Assembly (NCBI GenBank): GCA_951406725.2
Contig: OX597838.1
Span: 15,128,001-15,192,000 of the forward strand
Direction of reading: 5' to 3'
Length of the DNA stretch: 64,000 nt
From: Octopus vulgaris
Lineage: Eukaryota
Part shown: positions 42,515 to 56,220 of the stretch, piece by piece
Layout of the letters: each line of letters begins with the position of its first letter
Numbering within the stretch: position 1 is the stretch's first letter
Made by a program: the position numbers and the translations under genes
The notes under the pieces: model-generated
What the model was told of the DNA's origin: nothing
What the model saw: the letters and a program-made list of their open reading frames with translations, nothing else
Databases searched by the model: none

Positions 42515-42980
42515 ACCATCATCCTCATTTAGCATCTGGCATGGGTTGGATGGTTTGACTGAAACTGGTAAGCTGGAGAGCTGTACCAGGTTCCAATCTG
42601 ATTTGGCATGGTTTCTCTGGTTGGATGCCCTTCCTAATGCCAACCACTCCAAGAATGCAATGGGTGCTTTTTACGTGCCACAGGCACAGGTGCCATTCAC
42701 ATGACACCAGCACTGGCCGCAGCTATGATTTCACTTGGCTTGGCAGGTCTTCTCAAGCACTGCATATCGCCAAAGGTCTCTGTCACAAGTCATTGCCTCA
42801 GTGAGGCCCAACATTTGAAGGGTGCTTTTTCTGTGCCACCGACATGAGTGCCTGTCAGATGACACCGGCATCAGCCACAACTACATTTTCACTTGGTTTG
42901 TGTCTTCACAAGTTCAGCATACCATTAAAGGTCTCAGTCACTTATCAATTGCATGAGGCCCAACATTCAAAGAGCGCTTT
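42515..42980 (-). mobile_element. Retroelement family F ((GAT)n tail) with internal tandem repeats
   Basis: ggatgcccttcctaatgccaaccactcc motif and repeated ttttcacttgg...gtctcagtcac...gaggcccaacatt units. Confidence 0.7.
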
Positions 42981-43145
42981 TTAATAATAATAATAATGAA
43001 ATTACTGTATACAGTGCTCAGGTGCACCACAACTTGTCAGAAAGTGTGTATAAAGTATATGCAGTAATGTACAAATGTCTGGAAAGTGAACAATGTATGA
43101 GTCAGATACATGCTTGTGTGTGTATGGATGGGAGAAAATCAGGTG
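42981..43145 (-). mobile_element. CR1-type LINE 3' UTR fragment
   Basis: Reverse of ttgtggtgcacctgagcactgta...(ATT)n, the same tail as 59281-59765. Confidence 0.7.
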
Positions 43146-43404
43146 TGCCCCCACTTCCAACAGTTTTATTAGTGCAGAGGTTTGTTTGTTTCTATTTGTC
43201 TTCAAAAAAATACGGGCATAGGGAAGGAAATATTTCTTGGCTTAGAAGCAGGTAAAGGTTGGTAACAGGAAGGTTATCCAGCCAGAGAAAATTTTACATT
43301 AAATGATGATGATGATGATGATGATGATGATGGTGATGGTGATGGTGGTGATGGTGATGGTGATGGTGATGATGATGACATATGTATGTACACACATATA
43401 TGTG

Positions 43405-43623
43405 TGAGGGGTTGCTGAAAAGTTCCTGGTTTTAAGGGTATTGCGAAAGGCCTGGTTGGAGGCCCAACCGTTCCAAGTTCTTTTACAGAACTTACAAAAA
43501 CTGAAGGTCCACTGCAACACGTGTGTGAATCTGAGAGGGGAATATGTTGAATAAAATCATGATCCACTGATCCCTCCTGCATCTTCTTTTACCCAAAGCC
43601 AGGAACCATTCGGCATCTTCTCG
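43405..43623 (+). mobile_element. Internally deleted mariner element
   Basis: TIRs GAGGGGTTGCTGAAAAGTTCCTGG / CCAGGAACCATTCGGCATCTTCTCG. It retains the transposase C-terminus CVNLRGEYVE*. Confidence 0.8.
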
Positions 43624-43878
43624 CATATTTACTCTCTTTGTAAGAGGTGGCACTACTTTGGCCGTGTGTTTCAATCCCCTGCAAGGAATAAAAACAATGC
43701 TTATCTTTCAGACAATGATCCTTAGTGATTCATATCTTTGTTGATTGAATGAATGCTAAGAAGCAAGAAATTTTGAATAACAATAGAGTGAATCACCTTT
43801 GAATGTGAATCAGTTTCCAATGAGAATATATGAAGGCATAGCTACACACACACACACACACACACACACAGATAGATG

Positions 43879-43956
<78 letters not shown>

Positions 43957-44009
43957 CAGACAGACATATTGGTATGTAGGTAGGTTGATAGAGAGAGATA
44001 GAGAGAGAG

Positions 44010-44060
<51 letters not shown>

Positions 44061-44168
44061 TAAATAGATAGATAGACAGACAGACAGACAGACTGGTAGG
44101 TAAGTAAGTTGATAGAGAATGATAGATAGATAGAGAGAGAGAGAAAGAGAGTAAGATAGATAAATAGG

Positions 44169-44214
<46 letters not shown>

Positions 44215-44282
44215 GGTAGGTAGGTAGATAGATAGATAGATAGATAGATAGATTGATATGCACATACGTACATAAATATATA

Positions 44283-44377
<95 letters not shown>

Positions 44378-45351
44378 CTATATATATATATACATATATA
44401 CAAACACACACACATAATATCCAAGGTTTTCTCAGAAACACACCCATAATTCAACATGCCACAATTTTTGCACAGGTAATATACATAGGTGTCTGTCTGT
44501 CCCCGTTTGTCTTCCTCAGGTATTCTGATGTCTTTACACAGAAACAAGACACCTCCTTTATCTGACTAGACATCCTTTTCCTCTGTTCATGTGACATTTA
44601 TACATCATTTCTACAGCCCCAAATTGTCATTTGTTTTTACATGTGGTTACAATGACATGATTCTCTCTCTCTCTTCTTCTCTCCTTCTCTCCCTCTCCCT
44701 CCCTCTCCCTCCTTTCTCTCTGCCCACCCACCTACCTACCTATCCACCACCAACACTCCTCCTCCTCCTTCTCCTCTTTAAGTCGGTCATAAATCTGTTT
44801 GTGTCCTTTGCATGTTATTTTACAGAATAAGGAAAACTCCTGCCCTGCAGGGTGGGGAGGGCTCAGCGTACAGTCCAGTTATAAGTAGACATAGTGGTGG
44901 TGGTGGTGGTGGTGGTAGTAGTAGAAGTAGTAGTAGTAGTAGTAGTAGTAAGTAATGGTTGCAGTAGCAGTGGTGGTGGTCGTCATCGTTGTCGTAGTCA
45001 TCATCGTCGTCGTGGTTGGTGTTGTAGTGAAATAAGCAATTGTCTCTGGAACTATAGAACTAAGTAGGATTAAAAATGTCAACCCTGGGAGGAGGAGGAA
45101 GAAGAAGAACGAGAAGAAGAAGAAGAAGAAGAAGAAGAAGAAGAAGAAGAAGAATTAGCTTGAAAATTGAAAATCAAAACAAAACCCAAAATAATTGCTG
45201 TTGTTGTTGTTAAGTTGTAGGTCAGCTCTCATTGAGTAAAACTTATGATTAAAGATGTTAAGCGGTGACCATCCCATCTTTTTGTGTGTGATATATATAC
45301 ATATATATGAATATAAATATATATATATATATATATAAATACATATATAGT

Positions 45352-46095
45352 CGCAGGCATGGTCAAAGGCTTGCTTACGAACCACATGGTTCCGGTATCA
45401 GTCCCACTGCATGGCACCTTTGGCAAGTGTCTTCTTCTGTAGCCTCAGGACCAACCAAAAAGCCTTGCAAGTGGATTTGGTAGACGGAAACTGAAAGAAG
45501 CCCTTCGTGTGTGTGTTTGTGTGTTTGTGTGTGTGTGCATGTGTTTGTGTGTGCATGTGCATCTTTGTGATTGTATTTGTGTGTCCCTACCCAATCACTG
45601 CTTGACTACTGGCGTTGGTTTGTTTACATCCCTGTAACTTAACAGTTTGGCAAAAAGGGACTGATAGAATAAGTATCAGATTTTTTTTAAAAAAACGTCC
45701 TGGGGTTGATTGATTTGACTAATCAATCATTAGCATACTGGGAAAAATGCTTAGTGACATTTTGTCAGTCTTTATGTTCTGAGTTCAAATTCTGCCAAAG
45801 TTGACTTTACTTTTCATCCTTTCAGAGTCAATAAAATAAGTACCAGTTAAGCACTGTGATTGATTAACCCCTCTCCCCAAAATTGCTGGCTCTGCATCAA
45901 AATTTGAAACCAATATTTAGCATTCAAAGGTGGCAAGCTGGCAGAATTGTTAGCACACTAGACAAAATTCTTAGTGGCATTTCATCTACCTTTACCTTCT
46001 GAGTTCAAATTCTGCCGAGGTCAACTTTGCTTTTCAGCTTTTTGATGGTGTCCAAAATTGCTGGCTCTGCATCAAAATTTGAAACCGATATTTAG
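45352..46095 (+). mobile_element. Degenerate SINE A followed by degenerate SINE B copies
   Basis: Family A motifs at 45352-45720, family B motifs at 45735-46095. Confidence 0.7.
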
Positions 46096-46808
46096 CATTC
46101 CTTCAGAAACATAATCGGTCAATCTTTTGTTACATTTATCTCTTACGTTTGGCATTCAAAAATTCATTCAAAAGCAAAATTAGTCAGCTTAGATCATTGA
46201 CATAATTTCTTCAAATATTTGGCTTTCAAAATTCTCTCAACCACAGTGCTCTGTAAGTCTGTGTTGAACTTGTATTCAACTTCAAAAATTCTCTAACAAA
46301 AAAGAAAATAATAATGATAAATCAGAACAGAATTAGTGCTCTATACCATTATCAAAATTTGTGCTTGGTATTAATAAAACTTCTTTCAAAAACAGAGTCA
46401 ATCAGTGTGCTTTACACAGTCCATTGCATCTGACCTCTAACAACTGGTTTTCCCATACATAGCATAAGTGACTGAATTTTGAAAAATTTGATTATATTCA
46501 TCTGGTGACCAGTATAAATTGTAATATAACAAAATCACTCAATTGTACTTCACAAACCGCATCCATTATTCCCCTGCCATTCAATGTGCAATGTCACCGA
46601 GTTAGTCTTTTATTTGTATATTTTTTAATATTTTAAAAACATGTCTAGGAACAATGATGTCACCAACAAACATTGGAAATCAGGCTCAGAACTAAGTCAG
46701 TAGCTTGTATTGTTGTAGGTTGGTGTATATATGTGTGTGTGTGTGTGTGTGTATGTATATGTATATGTGTGTGTTATGTTCAGATCTGAGAACATATCTT
46801 TGTGTGAC

Positions 46809-46916
<108 letters not shown>

Positions 46917-46932
46917 GGTGTATATGTATATA

Positions 46933-47142
46933 TCATCATCATCATCATCATCATCATCATCGTTTAGCGTCCGCTTTCCATGCTGGCATGGGTTGGACGG
47001 TTCAACTGGGGTCTGGGAAGCCAGAAGGCTGCGCCAGGCCCAGTCTGATCTGGCAGTGTTTCTACGGCTGGATGCCCTTCCTAACGCCAACCACTCCGTG
47101 AGTGTAGTGGGTGCTTTTTATGTGCCACCTGCACTGGTGCCA
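46933..47142 (-). mobile_element. Family F retroelement 3' portion
   Basis: (ATC)n-cgtttagcgtccgctttccatgctggcatgggttggacgg...ggatgcccttcctaacgccaaccac. Confidence 0.85.
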
Positions 47143-47158
47143 GATATATATAAATATA

Positions 47159-47203
<45 letters not shown>

Positions 47204-47387
47204 GTATGTGTGTGTATACACACACACACACACACACATTACATACATACATATTATTCAAATTATGACTGCCTTCTTTTGATATATATATATAAATATA
47301 TAAATGTGTTTAATAATTGAGTTGGCAACTGTATTTCACTAAGAAATTGATCAACAAGCATATATGAGTAAATTGACAGGCATATAT

Positions 47388-47612
47388 CCGATCATGGCCA
47401 TTGCCAGCCTCCCCTGGTACCTGTGCCGGTGGTAAGTAAAAAGCACCCACTACACTCACGGAGTGGTTGGCGTTAGGAAGGGCATCCAGCCGTAGAAACA
47501 CTGCCAGATCAGACTGGAGCCTGGTGCAACCTCCTGGCTTCCCAGACCCCGGTCGAACCGTCCAACCCATGCTAGCATGGAAAACGGACGTTAAATGATG
47601 ATGATGATGATG
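47388..47612 (+). mobile_element. Family F retroelement 3' portion
   Basis: ggcgttaggaagggcatccagccgtag...catggaaaacggacgttaaatgatgatg. Confidence 0.85.
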
Positions 47613-48041
47613 ATAAATAACAGAAACCCACTGTAAGGTGAGTGCACAGCAGGGGAGATCTTCAGAGGAACAATTTCCATCCGACAAGTGCTTCAGCCCT
47701 TACACCTGACACTCCACAGGAGCTGGGCCCACCCAGGTCATACATACATACATGCATGTATGCATGTATGTATTAAGTTTTTGAAGTGATGTACAGATAT
47801 TGTATATTAAGAAGGAGGCAGTCAGAATTTTGGATAATTCTTTATTAGCACTTTTCTTCTTTTAACCAAACCAGTTTTATTATCATGAAGAATTTGGTTA
47901 AATGAACAAAGGTGGTGCTCAATTTCAAACCAGATTTGGCACCCCATCCAGGTGGGAAATAAATATGCCATGAAACTGGGAAACTAGCCCTTAAGAGCTT
48001 GTATGACACAAGAAGATAAATTTACCTTTTTTTTTTTTAAC

Positions 48042-48361
48042 CAGGATCCATTTGGCCTCTGAGGGTCCATATAAGATTCTGAGAGGTCCATGCAGCAAAA
48101 TGGTAAATTGGGGATCCACAATAGTATTTTAAGGGTCCCTGAAAAAATTTTGCTTTAGATTTATGTATTGGTTTTTATTGCAAGAAACAACTAGGGATCT
48201 TTCTCTGACATTTTACATAGTTCAGCCTACACAAGTTAAAGGATTTTTTTAAAAAGTATCTATAAAACTAGGTTTTAAACATCAAATGGTTCTCAAGGGT
48301 CCACCAGAACAAAATAAGAATCAAAGGGGTCCATATATAAAGAAATGGTTGAGAAACCCTG
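48042..48361 (-). mobile_element. hAT (Charlie-like) MITE
   Basis: Terminus CAGGGTTTCTCAACC, repeated gggtcc subterminal motifs, related to 13397. Confidence 0.6.
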
Positions 48362-48819
48362 ATCTAAATGGACCCCTTTTTTTGGAGGTAGGATATGGCT
48401 TGGGGCAGATTAGGCTGCTATTTTTAATATTGTGCATCACCGTGTAGAGGCTTTGTCATTGACTCAAACCTGTAGCTATTGTTACCATCCTTGACCAAAT
48501 GGACCATAGTCAAAGACATCCCTACTATGACCACCCCATCATTTTTGTACCATTTAGTCTACCTGGAAACTACATTAGTCAAATATGTCCTCCTCAAAGA
48601 AAATATGATGTAGTTTGAAGTAGATTAGGCTGCTATTTCAAGCATGTTAAGAGACCATGATGAACTTATTTAGCCCTAGGTCAACCCAGGTTAAGAAGAG
48701 TTATGATGAACGACATTCCAGATTTTCTTCCTTAATTAGTCTATCCCGTGCTAAATCATTCATTGTACCCTTTTCTAATAAGAAAGAGTAGAGTGTCATT
48801 AAGAAATAAGAAAGAGAAA

Positions 48820-49424
48820 GCAGCGAGCTGGCAGACTCGTTAGCACGCCGGGCGAAATGCTTAGCGGTATTTCGTCTGCCACTACGTTCTAAGTTCAAAT
48901 TCCGCCAAGGTCAACTTTGCCATTTCATCCTTTCAGGGGTCGATTAAATAAGTACCAGTTATGCACTGGGGTCGATGTAATCGACTTAATACCTATGTCT
49001 GTCCTTGTTTGTCCCCTCTATGTTTAGCCTCTTGTGGGTAATAAAGAAATAGGTATTTCATCTGCCGCTACGTTCTGAGTTCAAATTCCGCCGAGGTTGA
49101 CTTTGCCTTTCATCCTTTCGGGGTCGATTAAATAAGTACCAGTTATGCACTGGGGTCGATGTAATCGACTTAATACCTATGTCTGTCTTTGTTTGTCCCT
49201 TCTATGTTTAGCCCCTTGTGGGTAATAAAGAAATAGGTATTTCATCTGCCGCTACGTTCTGAGTTCAAATTCCGCCGAGGTTGACTTTGCCTTTCATCCT
49301 TTCGGGGTCGATTAAATAAGTACCAGCAATGCACTGGGGTCGTTACAATCGATTTAATCTGTTTGTCTGTCCTTGTTTGTCCCTTCTGTGTGTAGCTCCT
49401 TGTTGGCAGTAAAGAAATAAGAAA
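48820..49424 (+). mobile_element. SINE B with three tandem bodies, flanked by a 24-bp direct repeat
   Basis: One head and three units of about 184 bp. aataagaaagagtagagtgtcatt occurs on both sides. Confidence 0.85.
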
Positions 49425-49650
49425 TAAGAAAGAGTAGAGTGTCATTTGAGGGGAAAAGTGACTGTCACTTTTTTTTTTTTTTTAGTAAGTTGACCTACCA
49501 CATAAAGGTGACTTGACTGAAAAATTATGTTAACTATGTAAAAAATTCTGATGGGTATATAAAGCAACAGAGCCTCAGGTGGTGGTGGTGGTGGTAGTGG
49601 TGGTCCTTGTCATTGCTGTCATAGTCGTAGTAATGGTGGAGATAGTGTTG

Positions 49651-49696
<46 letters not shown>

Positions 49697-52600
49697 CAGT
49701 AGCAGCAAATTATTGTTATACTAATATGAATCAATATAGTATTTCACTGTCCGAAGTTGCTAAACTAAACAGGTTCTTTTATCGCATGTGAGTAAAAATT
49801 ATATAAAACAAAAGGCAAACTACAAAAAAAAATAGGAATCCATACAGGTAAGAAAATCAATAGTAAACACTATCCGAAAGGAAGTAAAGACTCAAAAGAG
49901 ATATATATGATGTGGGGGGGGGGGGCACAAGTGTGGCTGTGTGGTTAAGAAACTCACCTTCCTGCCATATGGTTTTGGGTTCACTTCCCACTGTACAGCA
50001 CCTTGGGCAGGTGTCTTCTACTATAGCCCCAAGGCCAATCAGTGAGTGAATTTGACAGACGGAAAGCCTGCCACACACCCACACACTCACACACACACAC
50101 ACTACGTTCTGAGTTCAAATTCTGCCGAGGTCAACTTTGCCTTTCATCCTTTCAGGGTCGATTAAATAAGTACCAGTTACGCACTGGGGTCGATATAATC
50201 AACTTAAACCATTTGTTTGTCCTTGTTTGTCCCCTCTGTGTGTAGTCCCTTCTGGACAGTAAAGAAATAAGAAGCTTTCTTCCCAACCACTTGGGTCCAG
50301 GTTCAGTCCCACTGCATGGATCTTAGGCAAGTGTCTTCTACCATAGCCCCACTACTCCTGCTCATCATCAAAGATGCACATATTGTCAGCCATTAAGGGA
50401 CATGTGCAAATGGTTATGGTCAAGCAACTAACAAGCTAATCTAAGGTGTTAAGCAGAATATTTGTTATAACGATATTTCTGCTCCAGCAACTCAGAATTA
50501 TATCTGTCTGAAATGTAATGGAAAATAGGTCAGTTTCAAAACATTGATGTCCAGGTGACAAAAGCAAAGTTTTAGATAATAGTAGTCATTTCCTTTGAAT
50601 TCTAGATAGAATCAAATACAAAAGAAAACAATTAAAATTTTGTTGCAATGTCACCAATAACTTGCAGAGTGTACTAGGTGTTTTTCATTTCTTTTCATTG
50701 GATCAGCACTTTTGGGGGTTGGTTACCTTGCAGTTTTTAAAATGAAAGAGAACCCCCATCAAGCTACTTATCACACAGCAGAGGACAAACAAGGACAGAC
50801 AAACAGATTAAGTCGATTACATCGACTCCAGTGCGTAACTGGTACTTATTTAATTGACCCTGAAAGTATGAAAGGCAAAGTCGACCTCGGCGGAATTTGA
50901 ACTCAGAACCTAGCGACAGACGAAATACTGCTAAGCATTTCGCCCAGCATTCTAATGATTCTGCCAGCTCGCCGCCTTTGGGCTTCTAGTTTCTGTCTAC
51001 CAAATCTACTCACAAGACTCTGGTTGGTCTGAGGTTGGGACACTTGCCCAAGCTGACATGCAGTGGGACTGAACACTGAACCATGTAGCTGGGAAGCAAG
51101 TTTCTTACCACTTCATTGTTTTGAGAAAATGGTAATGAAGAGAATAACAGGGGGAATAGTGTTGGGGACGGGGTGAGAATAATAGAGGAGACAAAGAAAA
51201 GGAGCAACAAGGGTACTGTCAGGGATTAACGTGAAGGAAAAGATTGAAAAGGTGATAAATGGCTAACGATTGGGTTGAGTAGGTGGACTCAGTGATGGCA
51301 TAGGTCAATCGACCAACATTGTCCACATGGGTTGGACAGATCATCAGAGTCCAAGACAGTTCTTATTGAAGGACCTTTCTCAAGGAATTCTTTTATTCTT
51401 TTACTTGTTTAAGTCATTTGACTGCAGCCATGCTGGAGTACTGCCTGAAAGGGTCTTTTAGTTGAAGAAATCAATCCCAGGACTTATTCTTTGTAAGCCC
51501 AGTACTTATTTTATTGATCACTTTTGTTGAACCACCACTAGTATATATTGGGATCACCAATACTTTATTATCTCCCCTTCTTTCTACTTCTGTCAAACCT
51601 TATTTTCCCAACCAGTCACCATACTTAATCACTAAATCCACAAGTTTTTTATTCTCTCTGTTTATTTTCTCTTATTCCTTTCTGATAAAGAGCATAAGCT
51701 CGAAACATAAAAGACTTTCTCACTTTTCCAAGTGTCAAACTAATACATCTGCTTGTTGTTCATACAACTGTCTCTGTTTTCTGTTTTCCTGTAAATTTCA
51801 ACATATATGTGTGTGGGTGGATGGATGGATGGGTGGATGGATAGAATGATTGATTGATAGATAGATAGATAGATTGATAGATAGATAGATAGATAAATAG
51901 ACAGACAAATACACACACACACACACATTTATGTATATGTGTGTGTGTGCTGTTAAAAATGTATATTAACAAACACAAAAGTAGAAAAACAAATAAAAGC
52001 AGTAAGAAACCACCAACAAAAGACAGGTTACTCACACCTGTGGCTATATATTGGGTTAAGTTGGGATTTTAAGAGCTAAGACTTATCTCGTATATATCTT
52101 CAATTGACTTCTTTGAATGAATTCAAATGAAACCACACCCATCAAGTGATATTTTACTAAGCAAAAGAACATGGTGGTGGTGGTGGCGGTGGCGGTGGCG
52201 GTGGTGGTGGTGGTGGTGGTGGTGGTGGTGGTGGTGGTGATAAGAGAGGGTATGTTGGTGATGGTAAAAAGTAAAAAAAAAATAGACAGAATAGATGTAG
52301 GCGTAGCTCTATGGTAAGAAACTCACTTCCCAACTACATTGTTCAGTGTTCAGTCCCACCGCATGGCACCTTGGGCAAGTGTCCCAACCTCAGACCAACC
52401 AAAGCCTTGTGAGTAGATTTGGTAGACAGAAACTAGAAGCCCAAAGGCGACGAAGCTGGCAGAATCATTAGCACGTCGGGCGAAATGCTTAGCAGTATTT
52501 CGTCTGTCGCTAGGTTCTGAGTTCAAATTCCGCCAAGGTCGACTTTGCCTTTCATCCTTTCAGGGTCGATTAAATAAGTACCAGTTACGCACTGGGGTCG

Positions 52601-52752
52601 ATATGATCAAGTTAATCCGTTTGTCTGTCCTTGTTTGTCCTCTGCTGTGTGATAAGTAGCTTGCTTACTAATGCTCCAGGTTCAGTTCCACTGCGTGGCA
52701 CCTTGGGCAACTATAGCCTCGGACTGACCAAAGCTTTATGAGTGGATCCATC

Positions 52753-52788
<36 letters not shown>

Positions 52789-53035
52789 ACAGCAACCAAA
52801 TCTCCTTTGAATCACATCCAGCTGTCCTGTAAGTAAGTGAACATATGCCTGGATGGCTATATTATGTAAGTTGGTCGTGGCTGGAATGGCTTTTAATTTG
52901 TAGTAACAAGGTTGGGGCTAAAGAGCCACACCATAGCCAACCACCATCGTCCACCCACATCTGTACCCCAGGCAGATAAATCACCTCCAAGGTAAACTAT
53001 AACAACTACCACCACCACTACTATTATTTCCACTG

Positions 53036-53081
<46 letters not shown>

Positions 53082-53605
53082 AACCACCACCACTACACCT
53101 ACCAACACTATTACTACTACTACTACCATCACAACCACCACTACTACTACTACCACCACCACCACTACACCTACCACCACCACCACAACTACTCCTACTA
53201 CTATTCCACCACCACTACTACTACTACCATCACGACGACCACCACCACCACTACCACCACTACAGCCACCACCACTACCGACTGAGCTGACAGGCAGTGC
53301 AGAGGGTAATATTTTCACAACTGGTTTCCACCAGTTCATTAGTTACATGTGACTGAGCAAGGTTGTGATGAACAGAACAGTGAGATGGAGCTTGTTGATG
53401 TTGACGATGATGATGATGATGATGATGCTGTTATTGTTGTTGCTATTGTTTTCACTGTTGTTGACGTTGCTATTGTTTTTTGATGCTATTGACATTATTG
53501 TTGCTATTGTTGTTGATGTCATTTTTGTTGTTCATATTTTTGCTCCTGTTTTTGTTGACATTGTTGTTGCTGTTGTTGTTGCTGTTGCTGCTGCTGTTGC
53601 TGTTG

Positions 53606-53967
53606 AGTGAAGCGGTCTTCGTCCCAGTAGTGGGAGAAGTCCGAAACGTGGTCCTTTTGCTATTCGTAAGACCCGCAGAAGAGAAAGCAGGTCAACACCC
53701 CGACACCAGGAGCATCGACGGATGGATGAATGCGCATCCAGGCTCAGCAGTTGCATAGGAAGTCGGGGACAGGAAATAGGAAGAAAGAGTGAGAGAAAGT
53801 TGGGGCGAAAGAGTACAACAGGGGTCGCCACCACCCCCTGCCGGAGCCTCGTGGAGCTTTAGGTGTTTTCGCTCAATAAACACACACAACGCCCGGTCTG
53901 GGAATTGAAACCGCGATCCTCCGACCGTGAGTCCGCTGCCCTAACCATTGGGCCATTAAGCCTACAC
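53606..53967 (-). mobile_element. SINE with C-type head and a second tail type
   Basis: Reverse C head (AATGGCCCAATGGTTAGGGCAGCGGACTCACGGTCGG) to ctctttcttcct, then unrelated sequence. Confidence 0.8.
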
Positions 53968-53995
53968 TGCTGTTGCTGCTACTGTTGTTGGTGGT

Positions 53996-54138
53996 GTTTA
54001 GCTGCCCACCTTTGCACTGTTGATAAAGCTGGAGCATCAGCCCCTAAAGTAAGCATCCATGTTAGCATGAATATCCTAAGGAGCTAAACCCTTTTTCTGC
54101 AGATACTTGGTAACGCCATGATGCAAAATTTTGTCCAT
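53996..54138 (-). pseudogene. Mariner transposase N-terminal (HTH) fragment
   Basis: MDKILHHGVTKYLQKKGLAP*DIHANM, then a frameshift, then LGADAPALSTVQRWAA. This is a typical mariner N-terminus. Confidence 0.75.
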
Positions 54139-54572
54139 TTTCAGAAGTCCCTACTAGTTACTTTTGGAATCTTCTTTGATGGCTGCACCAGGCTCCAATC
54201 TTGATCTGGCAGAGTTCCAGATCAAGATTGGAGCCTGGTGCAGCCATCTGGCTCGCCAGCCCTCAGTCAAAATCGTCCAACCCATGCTAAGATTTTTCTA
54301 TATGGTAGACCACTGGTTTTAAATTGATATTAATCAAATTAATATTCAATTTTTCACCCTTATGATTTTAAATTTAGCTGGAAAGAAACAATGCAGTTAT
54401 TAATAAGAAGAGTTGGAATTCATGCAAGATTTCACAGCTCTAGCATCACTCCTTCATAGTCAGCCTTTTGACTTTTCAGCTCATATCAAGCGACTACATA
54501 GAGGCTCCTACGTTGGTTCAACTAACGACCAGCCACAGCTACTTTTACGGAGTGGTGAAATATCAAGTTTAA

Positions 54573-54794
54573 CCCTTTCGTCATTGTATTTATTTTGAGA
54601 TGCTCTGTGTTTCTTTCAATTACTTTAAATATAACAAAGAATCTAGTAAAATAACTTAGTTATCATTAAGCTAGTGTTAGGAACATAAATTGTGACTAAG
54701 GTTTGGTGGAAGATTTTAATTCAAAACTTATGAAAACAAGATATTTTGTACTACAGAACCAGAGCCAGTTTCAGCCAGGCTGGTAACGAAAGGG
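54573..54794. mobile_element. piggyBac-type MITE
   Basis: TTAA|CCCTTTCGT ... ACGAAAGGG|TTAA. Confidence 0.85.
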
Positions 54795-55546
54795 TTAAAC
54801 AGTATCTGATAATAAAGCTTTCCTTTTATCTCTTTGTAAATGAAATGTAAGAGAGAGAGAGAGGCATACATATATATATATATATACATATATACATACA
54901 CACAAACCTACATACACACATATATATATACACATACATATATACATACATACATTAACACACATATATATATATATTACGGAAAAGAAGACCACAAAAT
55001 GATGATATTGCCTCGCCACAAAGCAACTATTTAATTTCAGCTTAACAGCAACAAAGTCATCCCCCCCCCAGCCACTCATCACCGATAATCCCACACCCCA
55101 CCACACGTTTTACCTCGGTTTGTTGCATTTACAAAGATTATTATTAATTAATTATTTTCTTCTTTTTCTTTTTTTTTTCTCTCCCGTATATACGACAGGC
55201 ATGAGTTGATTAATTTTTTTGAGCCACAAGTGCCAGAAGGAGAGCGCTGAAACCGGGGACACATCTTGGTGGCCATGGAGAGACGCATAGCAAGAAGCTT
55301 CATGCAAAGGGTATGTAGAATCATATCAAACTAACACGCCTCGATATTCATGACTTGTGGGGTATGTGAAGCATATATATACTTTTACTAGGCATAATTG
55401 TATATGGTGTAAAATATGTAAATATATGCATCTATATTATTATTTATTAATTCAAAACAAATAGACTGTTTTGAATTAATAAATAATTATTGATGTAAGT
55501 CAATTGTTTTTATCGATATTTCTCCATTTTCTAGCATATATATCTA

Positions 55547-55642
<96 letters not shown>

Positions 55643-55886
55643 CTACTGTCCCTCTAGCTTCTAACCTCTGACCTCTGCCTGAAGTCAGAATGCCATGATA
55701 GATCGTTAGCTCCTACACGCATTTTTTTCTCTCCTTGTTTTTTTTCTGTGTATCTTTCTGTCGAAGAGTGTAGGCTCGAAACGTAAAAAACTTGTTCTAT
55801 TTCTATTCCTGAGCGCCATACTAATACATTTGTTTGTTTGTATTCCACCTGCCTTCATCTTTTGTTTATTTTCGTAAACCTTCCTG

Positions 55887-55924
<38 letters not shown>

Positions 55925-55963
55925 TCATCATCATTATCATCGTTTAACGTCCTCTTTCCATGC

Positions 55964-56115
55964 TAGCATGGGTTGGACATTTTGACTGAGGGCTGGCGAG
56001 CCAGATGGCTGCACCAGGCTCCAATCTTGATCTGGCAGAGTTCCAGATCAAGATTGGAGCCTGGTGCAGCCATCTGGCTCGCCAGCCCTCAGTCAAAATC
56101 ATCCAAACCATGCTA
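55964..56115. repeat. Fold-back hairpin (72-bp arms, 7-nt loop) made from the family F tail
   Basis: ...ccaatcttgatctgg-cagagtt-ccagatcaagattgg... A partial duplicate lies at 54178-54376. Confidence 0.9.
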
Positions 56116-56220
56116 AGATTTTTCTATATGCTAGACCGCTGGTTTTAAATTGATATTAATCAAATTAATATTCAATTTTTCACCCTTATGATTTTAAATT
56201 TATATATATATATATATATA

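Noticed and set aside
52893-53758. Low-complexity Val/Leu/Gln/Asn-rich ORFs
   Set aside because: They are trinucleotide repeat tracts with stops in the plausible frames, interrupted by a SINE.
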